64,000 nt of DNA from Patescibacteria group bacterium. Lineage in GTDB: Bacteria > Patescibacteriota > Minisyncoccia > Portnoybacterales > UBA2143. A model generated the notes under the pieces. The model was not told where the DNA came from and searched no databases. It was given only the letters and a program-made list of their open reading frames with translations. The DNA is taken from NCBI GenBank assembly GCA_018830295.1, contig JAHJSM010000001.1:65980-129979 (forward strand). Reading direction: 5' to 3'. Positions within the stretch are counted from its first letter, which is position 1; every line of letters begins with the position of its first letter. A program made the position numbers and the translations under genes. Positions 9,290 to 18,999 of this stretch are shown piece after piece.

Positions 9290-10975
9290 CTACCCCACCT
9301 CTTTAATATAACATCTTTTACAATAAATCTTCAATTCTTTTTGCTTGACTGGCGGGTAGGAGGTCTGTATTTCTTCACCACATTTGTCGCATTTAGTTTT
9401 CCAAAGTTTTGAAGGATTTCTTTTTTGGAACCTTTCCAACATTCTTTGATAGGGGCTCTTGGTTGGGATAGGTAAATGATGCTTTCTGTAAAAATCTAAT
9501 TCTGGTTCAATCAGACGAAATGGCTTGCCGGTAATTTCGCAAACAATCGCTTCGGGGATATCTACTAAATCAATGGGTATTTTGGGCTCATTATACCACT
9601 GCCATCCATTTTTTAAAACCTCGCTTTTTTTCAACGGAAATTCTATCATCGCGTAAGTGTTATTGTATGGATACAAACTCATTGATAAAGGAAAAAACTC
9701 TCCATATTCCCCGCCTTCAAGCATTTTTGTCTTGATTTTGTCCAACAATTTCCAGTATTCTTCTTTTGAATATTTTTTATTAAAAATATGATATTTCTTG
9801 CCGCGAAGTCCAACACAGCCAAAACAATGCTGGCAATTATGGCAAGCAATACAATACTCCAAATCAAGCGACTCCCGAACAAAGAAAGCGAATTTTAGAT
9901 TACTGCTGTTGACCGCTTCAACCGCTTCATAAGACAAAGAAACATTCGGTCCAACATCCCAGAGATCCATGCAATCTTTCGTCCCCGAAACCACATCTAC
10001 GCCGTAGCGGACATTTTCAACCCCGTAATCATTTCTGAAAACTTGATAACAATTTTTTGAATGCCACAATTGGTCGCCGACGCAATTAATATTTCTGCTG
10101 TCAAAATACAAATTTTGTCTGACAGTTTTTTTGAGCAAATCCTCAAATCTTTTTTTGTATCGTTCTAAAATATTCCTATCGCCCAAATTAATTTCTCTAA
10201 TTTTTTCTAAATATTCTTTTTTAGAATATTGTTTATTAAAAAAGCAATATGATTTATGCCTTAAATGCGTACAACCAAAACAACTCTGGCAATTGCGACA
10301 ATCGTAAAGAAAATATCCGTCAACACATTCTTCAGATCCGTGGCAAAAATGGCAGTTGTAAGAAGCGTAACAGTCAATCAATTCGTAACAATTCTCGCAA
10401 TGCGATGTGTTTAACAAGTCAAGGCAATCCTTAGAAGCGCCGACCCAGTAGGCATAATGAACATTTTCAAGACGCGCGGCGATCGAGACCAAATAGCAAT
10501 TTTTCAAATTAACGCCAGCGATTGTATAGGGGCTGTTAATCACGCCCTTCCAATAGTGAGTAATCGCCGGATGAGGAACGGAAAGATTTAAATTATCAAA
10601 TTGGTTAAAAAACGATTTTGAAAAATCGTATTCTCGGGCGCAGTCCTCGCCGCCCCATTGGTCCGACCACCAATATTTAAGGTCATAAATTTTATGACGA
10701 CTCTCTGGATGGAGAGTAGAAATAATTTCTTTGCCTGTCCGCGCGTCTTGTTTTTTGTAAAATTTTAGAACGGTGTTATAAAATCCGAACCTCCTTTGTT
10801 TTCGGCATTCAGGACACAATTTCGGAGGAGGAACCAGAAGTTTTTTGTAAAGCGCGATATCCTCTTTAAATATCTCAAACTTATTCTCGCATTGCTGACA
10901 TCTTACCTTTTGCGGTATAAAATTTTCTAAAATCCCCCCAAGCGCCTTATCAAAATTTGGTGTTGTGAATAACAT
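9290..10975 (-). CDS. CPR-type Cys-rich protein (Zn ribbons plus beta-helix-like repeats), function unknown
   Basis: CQQC, PPPKLCPECR, WWSDQW, repeated CxxCxxCFGCxxLR, GEYGEFFP, CEITGKPF, C-terminal CDKC...YCKRC. Confidence 0.7.
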   Translation of the reverse strand: MLFTTPNFDKALGGILENFIPQKVRCQQCENKFEIFKEDIALYKKLLVPPPKLCPECRKQRRFGFYNTVLKFYKKQDARTGKEIISTLHPESRHKIYDLKYWWSDQWGGEDCAREYDFSKSFFNQFDNLNLSVPHPAITHYWKGVINSPYTIAGVNLKNCYLVSIAARLENVHYAYWVGASKDCLDLLNTSHCENCYELIDCYASYNCHFCHGSEECVDGYFLYDCRNCQSCFGCTHLRHKSYCFFNKQYSKKEYLEKIREINLGDRNILERYKKRFEDLLKKTVRQNLYFDSRNINCVGDQLWHSKNCYQVFRNDYGVENVRYGVDVVSGTKDCMDLWDVGPNVSLSYEAVEAVNSSNLKFAFFVRESLDLEYCIACHNCQHCFGCVGLRGKKYHIFNKKYSKEEYWKLLDKIKTKMLEGGEYGEFFPLSMSLYPYNNTYAMIEFPLKKSEVLKNGWQWYNEPKIPIDLVDIPEAIVCEITGKPFRLIEPELDFYRKHHLPIPTKSPYQRMLERFQKRNPSKLWKTKCDKCGEEIQTSYPPVKQKELKIYCKRCYIKEVG

Positions 10976-12639
10976 TATTTCTTCCCTATCGCCTCGTCTA
11001 ATGTTTTTCTTAAATCTTTGAGATCAACTTTCACTCTTTTTTTTCTAAACGGGGTCGCTTCTTTTTTAAGAGCGTCCTCCAAAGAAACAGTTTCAAACTC
11101 TATTCCCAATTCTTTCAATTCTGTTTGCTGTCCTTGTTGTCGCGCTGGCTGTTCTTTTGGCCGTTCCGCGACTTGCGCTGTTTTGGGCTTAAAACCAAGA
11201 GAAACATTCTCGCCCGCTCTCACTTTTTCAAAACATGTTTTGCAGTAAATAGGTCTCTTACCGTCCGGCTCAAAACCAACTTCCGTTTCCTGCCCACAAC
11301 TCCAACAAGCGGTCTTATGCTTCGCTAAAGACGGCTCTTTTGACTCCTCCGCCGCCATACCACTCCACTTAATGATTTTTTCCTCAACCTCCTCCCGCGA
11401 ATTGGCGTATCTCTCTCTTGAAACGCCAATAATTTTATCCCTTTGACCCTTAACCCCATCCATCTCCATCGGCGGCAAAGTAGTCGCCGAAAAAGGACGG
11501 CTGCTAACTCCGTCTATCATTAATTTTAAATAGATATTATAATTTTCTAAATTAACCAAATCCTGAATCAAAAATTCCGGCGTAAATTCTTTTTCCAAAA
11601 ATTCCGCGTCAGCCGCGCCAACCCGAAAAGAAATAAGCGTGCCGACATTGCCAAAAACAGCGTCTCTGACCGTCGTCGTCGCGTCGCCTACTAATTGCCC
11701 AATATATTGATGGGCGATCGTTAAATTCAAACGATACTTTCTCGCCTCCGATAAAATATTGGCGAACGAATCGGTTGCAAAGTTCTGGAATTCGTCAACA
11801 TAGAGATAAAAATCTTTTCGTTCTTCTTCTGGAATTCTCACCCTCTCCATCGCCGCCAACTGAATTTTAGTAATAATCATCGCCCCCAGAAGCGCCGAAT
11901 TATCTTCTCCAATTCTTCCCTTAGCGACATTAACCAAAAGAATTTTATTGCTGTTCATTATTTCCGCGATATTAATCGTGCTTTTTGACTGACCAACAAT
12001 ATTGCGAATTAAAGAAGTTGAAAGAAACTGCCCAACCTTATTTTGAATTGCGGAAATCGCTTCATTTCTAAACTGTTCTTTCCAGCTGGCGTATTCGTTA
12101 ATCCAAAAAGACCGGACAACTGGGTCTTTAACATTGTCTATGATTTTTTGACGGTAATCTTTGTCAACCAAAATTTTCATAATCCCCAAAAGGGTCGTCC
12201 CAGGAGTATCCAAAAGCGCCAAAATACAATTACTCAAAATGTATTCCATTCGCGCCGACCAAACATTAGCCCAAATCTTTGTGAAAATTCCCATCAAGTC
12301 AGAGGAGACCAAATGCTTGTATTTAGGGTCTGATACCTGCAGAACATTAAAGCCAACTGGATAATCCATGTCTTCTGGATTAAAATAAATCACATCATTG
12401 ATTCTATGAGATGGAATTTTATCAATGACTTCCTCAACAAATTCTCCGTGAGGGTCAACAATACAAACTCCGTGGCCATTCTTAATATCCTGCAAAGCCA
12501 TATTTTTCAAAAGAACGGTCTTACCCACGCCCGTTTTTCCGATAACATAAGTATGCTGCCGTCGGTCAGGCGTCTTAATCCCAAAAACCTTCTCCCCCCC
12601 CCGAAAATTTGTCTTAGCAAAAATGTTTATATTAGACAT
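10975..12639 (-). CDS. HerA/TraG(VirD4)-like ATPase with C-terminal CxxC-x17-CxxC domain
   Basis: GKTGVGKT, VDPHGE, YVDEFQNF, SEARKY; CWSCGQETEVGFEPDGKRPIYCKTC. Confidence 0.87.
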   Translation of the reverse strand: MSNINIFAKTNFRGGEKVFGIKTPDRRQHTYVIGKTGVGKTVLLKNMALQDIKNGHGVCIVDPHGEFVEEVIDKIPSHRINDVIYFNPEDMDYPVGFNVLQVSDPKYKHLVSSDLMGIFTKIWANVWSARMEYILSNCILALLDTPGTTLLGIMKILVDKDYRQKIIDNVKDPVVRSFWINEYASWKEQFRNEAISAIQNKVGQFLSTSLIRNIVGQSKSTINIAEIMNSNKILLVNVAKGRIGEDNSALLGAMIITKIQLAAMERVRIPEEERKDFYLYVDEFQNFATDSFANILSEARKYRLNLTIAHQYIGQLVGDATTTVRDAVFGNVGTLISFRVGAADAEFLEKEFTPEFLIQDLVNLENYNIYLKLMIDGVSSRPFSATTLPPMEMDGVKGQRDKIIGVSRERYANSREEVEEKIIKWSGMAAEESKEPSLAKHKTACWSCGQETEVGFEPDGKRPIYCKTCFEKVRAGENVSLGFKPKTAQVAERPKEQPARQQGQQTELKELGIEFETVSLEDALKKEATPFRKKRVKVDLKDLRKTLDEAIGKK

Positions 12640-12648
12640 AAAATAAAA

Positions 12649-14055
12649 TTACCCAATTGGTAGTCCCTTGGGGGGCTCGGCCTTTTTCGCTTCAACCTTT
12701 GGCACCAAAGGCGCTTTAACCGAGAAACTTGGATAATGATAAATCGTCGCCAGTTCCTCTATGCTTAAAACAAATGGTTTGCTCCTGATAAAAAACCAAT
12801 TTAAAACAGGAAACCGCTCAAATAAAAGCGGTTTAAAATATGAAATCACCTCCGAGTGCTGAACAAAATCTCTTTTTTTGTAATCGGCCAAAACTCTTTT
12901 CTTGCGATACGCCTCTCTGATTTTTTTGAATTGAATCGCGTAATCAATTTTAGTGGTTATTTTGCTGTTGGGCTTAAAACCATTAAGATTTTGGCTAGCG
13001 AATTGCTTATAACATCCAAAAACCGCCGCGATATTGGCTGGCCTAAAAGCTTCCTTCGGCGCCAAATACAAAAACCTGATAATTGTTTCGTATCCGATTT
13101 TTGATATATTTTCCTCAATCGCGTTAATGACACCCTGCTCCGCCTTGGTCGTTATCATTGAAAAGGGCTGTGGCTTCTCTTCTTTCTTTTCGCCCGCGCT
13201 CTCTCCCTCGCCGCCGCTAACCATTTTATTAGCTACATCAACAACCGCATCTCTCCACGCGGAAACTTCTTTAATGATTAAACTCTCTTTCTTCTTTTCT
13301 TCCCTCCCAATGAGTTTATCGCGCAATTTTTCGCCTGTTTCTTTCCATTTATCATCCACAGGTCTAACTAATGTTTGAATCCAAATCTGCTCCCCGTCCG
13401 ATATCTTATTCATCACTTCCAACAAAGAAGACATTGGGTCAACTCTTTGCTCCTCCGCTTTGGCTTCTTTTTCAAAAGCGGGATAGGTTTTAATTGGATA
13501 AGCGTCCTCTTTGGTTAAAATAAGTTCCGTCCCCCAAAGATCATAATTCTTGTTGGGAATATCAGAAGGAACAGAATTAACATAATCGTCAGTTTGCCTA
13601 ATCTCGGCTTCTGGATATTGCGCGTAAATATGCGCTTCAACCATATCGCGAAACGACGCGATAACCCTAATTAAAAAATGAATTTCTCCGCCCAAACTCA
13701 CAATTTCCAAACTAAACCATTTCTGAAATTCGCCTTTGATCTGTTTCTCTCGCCAGTTGGGACCGCCTTGAATCGCGTGCATGCCCGCGAAAAATTGCTC
13801 CATCGCTTGGGGAGTTTTTTGAACCTCGCGGGGAGGTCTAACTTCCAATAAAACCCATTCTAATTTGTTAACAAAATTTTGTCTTTGATGTTTAAACCAT
13901 AAATCCCTGGCAAGAATCAGAAGAAACCAGGGAACATAAATCCACCAGAGAGATAATAAAAACCCTCCAATTAGATAAGCGCCATTTAAGACAGTTAAAG
14001 AAATTTCTAAATAATTAGGCATAATCGCCGTAAAACTACAACTACTTCGCCACAC
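12649..14055 (-). CDS. CPR-type membrane-anchored protein, partner of TraG-like ATPases
   Basis: N-terminal TM, LLEVRPP, AMEQFF, FSLEI, IYAQYPEAEI, YPIKTY, EELATIYHYP. Exact start uncertain. Confidence 0.65.
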   Translation of the reverse strand: MWRSSCSFTAIMPNYLEISLTVLNGAYLIGGFLLSLWWIYVPWFLLILARDLWFKHQRQNFVNKLEWVLLEVRPPREVQKTPQAMEQFFAGMHAIQGGPNWREKQIKGEFQKWFSLEIVSLGGEIHFLIRVIASFRDMVEAHIYAQYPEAEIRQTDDYVNSVPSDIPNKNYDLWGTELILTKEDAYPIKTYPAFEKEAKAEEQRVDPMSSLLEVMNKISDGEQIWIQTLVRPVDDKWKETGEKLRDKLIGREEKKKESLIIKEVSAWRDAVVDVANKMVSGGEGESAGEKKEEKPQPFSMITTKAEQGVINAIEENISKIGYETIIRFLYLAPKEAFRPANIAAVFGCYKQFASQNLNGFKPNSKITTKIDYAIQFKKIREAYRKKRVLADYKKRDFVQHSEVISYFKPLLFERFPVLNWFFIRSKPFVLSIEELATIYHYPSFSVKAPLVPKVEAKKAEPPKGLPIG

Positions 14056-15064
14056 TATAAATATCGCCCTCTTTAGTAAAAAGCTGTCTATTCTGAAGAT
14101 TGATTAAAACAGTGTTTTTCTTAACTAAACGACTTTTAAGAACCTCATTCAAAATATCCTCCTTAGCCAAAGGTCCTTTATCCTTTAATGTTTGAATAAT
14201 GACATCTTTAATCGTGCCTGGCTGATAACCCCACTCTTTCAAAGCATAAGTTCCGCGGCCAACTAAAATAAAGCGAGCATCTTTAATGAGTTCGTTATGA
14301 ACTGTCTGCGCTTGAGCAAGATTAGTCCCCAATTTCGCTTCGTTAATTAAGTCCGCAACTTCTCTAAAATGCAATGGTCGTTTTTGGTCTTTGAAAACAA
14401 TATAGGCCTTGTCTTTGGCGCCGCGTGGATTAATTTCAGGCCATTTGCTTAAACCAAATCGTCCAAAATTATTTTGACTGATTTGCTTAGTCGCGTCGAG
14501 ATAAGAGCATAACACCTTTTTGTCTATCTGCGCGTTTGCTTCTTTAGAAAAATCAATAATATTATTTAATAAAACTGTCTCTTTGTTCCCTTCTATTCTC
14601 TCAACTAAATAGTCAACCACTAATTGCGCTTGCGACAAAGCGTCTTTAGAATTAACCCAAAGAGAATAAAATTTATCCGATTCAACTAATCGCTGATACG
14701 GATCGCCTAACGAAAGAATAAAAAAAACAGCTCCCTTAGAAGAATCGGGGGTCTCGCATCCAGACAAAGCGGAAAGCAACCGTTCTTCGCGAACGACTCT
14801 TCCTTCGCGATTAAAAAAAGCGTCAATTGAACGAAAGGCCGGCTTAAAAATATTGATTGAGGCGGGTCTTCTCAAGTCCGAAAGAGTGGCCTCTTCTATT
14901 TGGCGAACTCGCTCCCTGGTAATTCCGTAGTTCTTGCCAATACTTTCAAGCGTCTGTCGTTGTCCATCGTCCAAGCCAAAACGCAAACGAACAATCTCGC
15001 GCGTCCGATCATTAGAAACACCCTTTAAGGCGTCAAAGACCAATTTTTCATATTTAATGCTCAT
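14042..15064 (-). CDS. Sigma-70 region-4-like HTH plus HARE-HTH (RNAP delta-like) protein
   Basis: RFGL...TLESIGKNYGITRERVRQIE; RPLHFREV, TVHNELIKDARFILVGRGTYALKEWGY. Confidence 0.8.
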   Translation of the reverse strand: MSIKYEKLVFDALKGVSNDRTREIVRLRFGLDDGQRQTLESIGKNYGITRERVRQIEEATLSDLRRPASINIFKPAFRSIDAFFNREGRVVREERLLSALSGCETPDSSKGAVFFILSLGDPYQRLVESDKFYSLWVNSKDALSQAQLVVDYLVERIEGNKETVLLNNIIDFSKEANAQIDKKVLCSYLDATKQISQNNFGRFGLSKWPEINPRGAKDKAYIVFKDQKRPLHFREVADLINEAKLGTNLAQAQTVHNELIKDARFILVGRGTYALKEWGYQPGTIKDVIIQTLKDKGPLAKEDILNEVLKSRLVKKNTVLINLQNRQLFTKEGDIYSVAK

Positions 15065-15112
15065 ATATTTAAATTAAACCTACCACACTTTTTACCAGGT
15101 GTCAAATGGAAA

Positions 15113-15973
15113 TTACCTCCCCTTCCAAGAAACAATTAGCGAACTCGTGATAAAGATAGAAGAATATGTGCCGACAATAATGCCGACGATTAAAGCCAAC
15201 GAGAAATATTTAATACTTTCGCCTCCCAAGAAAAATATCGCCGACAAAACAATCAGAGTCGTCAGAGAAGTGTTCAAGCATCGCGTCAAACTTTGGTTGA
15301 CGCTTTGGTCAATTGTTTCTCCAAAATTATTCCAGTCGGTCTTCAAAAGATTCTCTCTAGCGCGGTCAAAAATAACTATACTATTATTAACAGAATAACC
15401 TAAGATTGTCAAGAAGGCGGCGACAAAAGGCAGCCCGATTTCAATTTGATTGAAATGCCCTAAGAGCGCGAAGAAGCCAACTGTGATAAAAACATCATGG
15501 AAAAGCGCGATAATCGCCACAATGGCGTACTGCCAAGAAGCGACTGGCTGGGAAACTTTTCGGAAGGCCCACGCAATGTAAACAATAATCGCGAAGAGCG
15601 CGACCACAATCGCCCAAAGCGCTTTACTTTTTAGTTCATCGCCAATGAGCGGCCCGATTGATTCAAATCTATCTTCTTTTGGGCTGCCTAATTTCTTGAG
15701 AATTTCCTGATGGGTCTCTTCATCAATTTCCCGAAGGCGCAAAATGACACCTCGTTCCCCTGTTGGTTGGATATTAATATCGGATATCTCGGCTAATTTA
15801 TCCTGAATTTCTTGGTTGCTCAACCGCGTCTCGGAAAATTCAACTTCCATCAATGTTCCGCCCGTAAAGTCAATTCCCAATTTCAAACCACAAAAAATCA
15901 AACTCGCCAAACTAACCAACATCAAAATGATAGACACAGAAAAATAAATTTTACGATATTTAATGATTTTCAT
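15113..15973 (-). CDS. secF: Protein translocase subunit SecF
   Basis: LGIDFTGGT, FESIGP.IG.EL, ALFHDV, GYSVNNSIVIFDR.RE, GTYSSIF. Start set at MKIIKYRK. Confidence 0.95.
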   Translation of the reverse strand: MKIIKYRKIYFSVSIILMLVSLASLIFCGLKLGIDFTGGTLMEVEFSETRLSNQEIQDKLAEISDINIQPTGERGVILRLREIDEETHQEILKKLGSPKEDRFESIGPLIGDELKSKALWAIVVALFAIIVYIAWAFRKVSQPVASWQYAIVAIIALFHDVFITVGFFALLGHFNQIEIGLPFVAAFLTILGYSVNNSIVIFDRARENLLKTDWNNFGETIDQSVNQSLTRCLNTSLTTLIVLSAIFFLGGESIKYFSLALIVGIIVGTYSSIFITSSLIVSWKGR

Positions 15974-15983
15974 AATATTAAGG

Positions 15984-17432
15984 TTATCCCCAGATCTTTC
16001 TCTTCCCCTCCAATCGCCCCCCAATAAACAACCTTAAAAAACTCTTCGTCACAACAATCGCGCTAAACATACTGATAACAACCCCAATTCCTAATGTCAA
16101 AGCAAACCCCTTCACTAATCCTGTAGCGAAAATATATAAAATCAAACAAGTAATAATTGTTGAAATATTGCCGTCACGAATAGCCGACCAAGCGCGGCGG
16201 AAGCCCTCGTCAATACTGCCTCCCAGACCTTTGCCTTTTCTAAATTCTTCCTTAAATCTTTCAAATATTAAAATATTCGCGTCAACCGCCATTCCGATTG
16301 ATAAAATAAAGCCAGCGATGCCCGCCAAAGAAAGCGTGACTGGAATTAGTTTAAAAACAGCCAAAACCAAAGCGACATAAATAATTAAAGAGAAACAAGA
16401 AATCAAACCAAGTAAACGGTAATAAAAAATCATAAAAAGCAAAACCGCCAAAAATCCCCAAATCGCCGCTTGAAGCGATTTGTCCAAAGAAACCTGCCCC
16501 AAGCTCGCGCCGACCGTTTGCTGGCTAACTAAATTTATCGGTACGGGCAAAGCGCCCGCGTTCAATCGCTGGACCAATGTTTTCGCTTCTTCTAATGTAA
16601 AGTCACCCGTAATTTGCGCCTTACCTCCAGAAATCGCCTCTTGAACCATCGGCGCGCTAATCGCTTCTCCGTCCAAATAAATAGCCATTCTTTTCCCGAC
16701 ATTCTTTCTTGTTAAGTCCTCAAACATTTTGCTTCCCTCGTCGTCAAACTCCAAACCAATTTGCGATTGATATGTTTGCTGGTCAAACTGCATTTGAGCG
16801 CCCTCTAAATATCGCCCCGTTAAAAGCGTCGGCTTGAAGTATGGGTCCTCAAATAAAAGCGCTTGTTCCTCTTCGGTTATTTCCGTCCCCGCGTTAATTT
16901 TCGCGACAATTTCTTTTTGAGCGGCTAAAATATTTTCTGTTTCTGAACTATCTTTTTCCTCGCGAAAATCCAAAAAAGGCGTCTGACCAATCATTTCAAT
17001 CGCCTGATGAGTGTCCTTGATTCCCGCCAATTCAACAATTAAACGGTATCTGTCGCCCACCTTATTAATCTGAACGACCGGCTCAGCAACGCCAAAAAGA
17101 TTAACCCGCCTTTCAATCACATCGCGCGCGCCTTCCATTGAATCCATTCTGTCACCCGAAACGACATTGGAAAAATCCGCCTCGTAAATCAAATGCGCTC
17201 CACCCATCAAATCAAGTCCGAGATGAAATGGTTTATTATAAAAATGAGGCAGGATTGTTGTCCCCGCCTGATAATTAACCCAATCAGCGCCCTTGTCCCA
17301 AACATTGGGATAAATAAAAAAGCCCGCCAAAGCGCCCATAATTAAAATCAAAAAAACAGTCCAATATATTCTCCTTGAACCAATTTTTTTTCTCCGCGGT
17401 TTTTCGCTTGTATTTTTAACAAAAATCCCCAT
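15984..17432 (-). CDS. secD: Protein translocase subunit SecD
   Basis: LGLDLMGG, RRVNLFGVAEP, LNAGALP, IGMAVDANILIFER, VKGFALTL. Confidence 0.97.
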   Translation of the reverse strand: MGIFVKNTSEKPRRKKIGSRRIYWTVFLILIMGALAGFFIYPNVWDKGADWVNYQAGTTILPHFYNKPFHLGLDLMGGAHLIYEADFSNVVSGDRMDSMEGARDVIERRVNLFGVAEPVVQINKVGDRYRLIVELAGIKDTHQAIEMIGQTPFLDFREEKDSSETENILAAQKEIVAKINAGTEITEEEQALLFEDPYFKPTLLTGRYLEGAQMQFDQQTYQSQIGLEFDDEGSKMFEDLTRKNVGKRMAIYLDGEAISAPMVQEAISGGKAQITGDFTLEEAKTLVQRLNAGALPVPINLVSQQTVGASLGQVSLDKSLQAAIWGFLAVLLFMIFYYRLLGLISCFSLIIYVALVLAVFKLIPVTLSLAGIAGFILSIGMAVDANILIFERFKEEFRKGKGLGGSIDEGFRRAWSAIRDGNISTIITCLILYIFATGLVKGFALTLGIGVVISMFSAIVVTKSFLRLFIGGRLEGKRKIWG

Positions 17433-17494
17433 AAAAAAATATTAAATAATTATTACCCCCAATCTACCTCATCACCGCTAATTTGTCAAAAAAA

Positions 17495-17525
17495 GGGGGC
17501 TGCCCCCGCAACGGGGGCAGCCCCC
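17495..17525. repeat. REP-like family A doublet, compensated variant
   Basis: GGGGGCTGCCCCC-GCAAC-GGGGGCAGCCCCC. Confidence 0.88.
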
Positions 17526-17528
17526 ATC

Positions 17529-17852
17529 TTAGTTCAAACCTAGCTCCCTTAAAATGTCATCCGGAATAAAAATCGGTTCGCCCTTCGGACTAATCCCCGG
17601 GTAACGCCAAGCCGAAATCATTTTTTTCTTCTTCCCGACCTGCTGATACATCAACCAAATCTCGCTCGGCTTCTTCGTGTCGGCGCGGCACATCAAAGCA
17701 ACCGTCTCCGGCGCAATCCCAACCTCGCTTCTCTGCGGACGCCGCAAAATCCGCCGCAACCGTCCCTCGCTAAGACGATAATACATCATCTTCTCCTTAA
17801 TATGCCGCGTCCAACAAATCTCCTTAGTGTCCTTCGGCCCCTCAAAAAACAT
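17529..17852 (-). CDS. Small hypothetical protein, possibly DUF4258/BrnT-RelE-like fold
   Basis: WTRH..EKM, RRILRRP, C-terminal MISAWR pattern; basic. The fold is a guess. Confidence 0.45.
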   Translation of the reverse strand: MFFEGPKDTKEICWTRHIKEKMMYYRLSEGRLRRILRRPQRSEVGIAPETVALMCRADTKKPSEIWLMYQQVGKKKKMISAWRYPGISPKGEPIFIPDDILRELGLN

Positions 17853-17873
17853 AATATTTATTGTTAATGGCTA

Positions 17874-17894
17874 TTCGGCTATCGGATAGCCGAA
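17874..17894. repeat. REP-like family B palindrome
   Basis: TTCGGCTATCGGATAGCCGAA. Confidence 0.92.
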
Positions 17895-17900
17895 TGATAT

Positions 17901-18917
17901 TTATCTGCTGAATTTTATGAAATACTCCTTTGGTTTGGATTCTTTCTCAACAAATTCCGCCCACCCTCCGTCAACCTCTGAAAGTCGTTTTATTGAATCG
18001 CTCTCTTTAAACAACGGGTCAACTATTCTTGATTTACAAAAAACCCGAGCATAATAATCGTTCGGATTATTTTCAAAAGATATTTTATTATTCATTCTAT
18101 CTAAAAACAAACTCATTTTGAGGTCTTTCTCCTTATATTTCTCAACCTTAGCCAAGACCTCATCTTCGGTCGTCCACAAATCATCTTTGGAAATATATTC
18201 CTTTTCTATAGCGTGCTTCATCGCATCACCAACCGTTCTAAACATAATCGCCGACGATAATCCCGCATAATAATTTTTATTTAAATTTGAAAACAACAAC
18301 GCGTATTTTTTAGCGCTTTTCAAATCGTTAAAAACCCACCTATTATTTTCAATCGCCAAACTATCTAAAAAATATTTTATTTCTTTGGTGTTCGTCTCTT
18401 GAAAATGCGTAGCTGACCTTAATGAATAATCAATTCTATCAGCGCATAAATCAGGTAATTTTTTCTCTAATAAAGGAAAATTTTCTTCATTCAAAATATA
18501 GTCCAAATCAAAATTATATTTTTCCAAAATGCTTGGAATTTTTGTCGTTCTAACAAAGTCCGCGAAGATATCGTCTTGATAACTTTGTTCTGTCTCCGAG
18601 CCCTCGTCAAAAACATAGTCAATACAATGAGAAAAAGCGGAATGCGAAAGGTCGTGAAGCAAACCAGACACCTGTTCCTCAAGAGAGGCGTTAAATTTTT
18701 TAAGCAGAATAAAAACGCCCACTGAATGGTCAAAACGGTTATGCTGCAATTGGCTCAAAGGAAGTGATTTAGGATTGGCGTAAAGAGGCAAATACCCCGC
18801 TTGGTCTATCCCCTTCAACCGCCGAAAACAAGCCGCCTCCATAATCTCCAAAACCAACGGCTCCCCAATCTCAACCCCTCCATAAACTTTATCAATATAT
18901 TTCATAATTTTCCCCAA
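17901..18917 (-). CDS. HD-domain phosphohydrolase (YwfO/dNTPase-like)
   Basis: RLKGIDQAG, RFDHSVG, LLHDLSHSAFSH, LCADRIDYSLR. Confidence 0.88.
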   Translation of the reverse strand: MGKIMKYIDKVYGGVEIGEPLVLEIMEAACFRRLKGIDQAGYLPLYANPKSLPLSQLQHNRFDHSVGVFILLKKFNASLEEQVSGLLHDLSHSAFSHCIDYVFDEGSETEQSYQDDIFADFVRTTKIPSILEKYNFDLDYILNEENFPLLEKKLPDLCADRIDYSLRSATHFQETNTKEIKYFLDSLAIENNRWVFNDLKSAKKYALLFSNLNKNYYAGLSSAIMFRTVGDAMKHAIEKEYISKDDLWTTEDEVLAKVEKYKEKDLKMSLFLDRMNNKISFENNPNDYYARVFCKSRIVDPLFKESDSIKRLSEVDGGWAEFVEKESKPKEYFIKFSR

Positions 18918-18926
18918 TTTATTACA

Positions 18927-18999
18927 GTCGGCTTTACCAAAGCCGAATACTCTAACTTATGGCAATTGGCTATTCGGCTTTGGTAAAGCCGAATAGCCA
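18927..18999. repeat. Inverted pair of family B variant REPs (REPIN-like) overlapping the RAYT 3' end
   Basis: GTCGGCTTTACCAAAGCCGAA (18927-18947) and TGGCTATTCGGCTTT-GGT-AAAGCCGAATAGCCA (18967-18999). Confidence 0.88.

Noticed and set aside
5915-12639. Conjugative element (ICE) based on the TraG/VirD4-like genes
   Set aside because: No relaxase, VirB scaffold, integrase or att sites. The genes sit among housekeeping genes.
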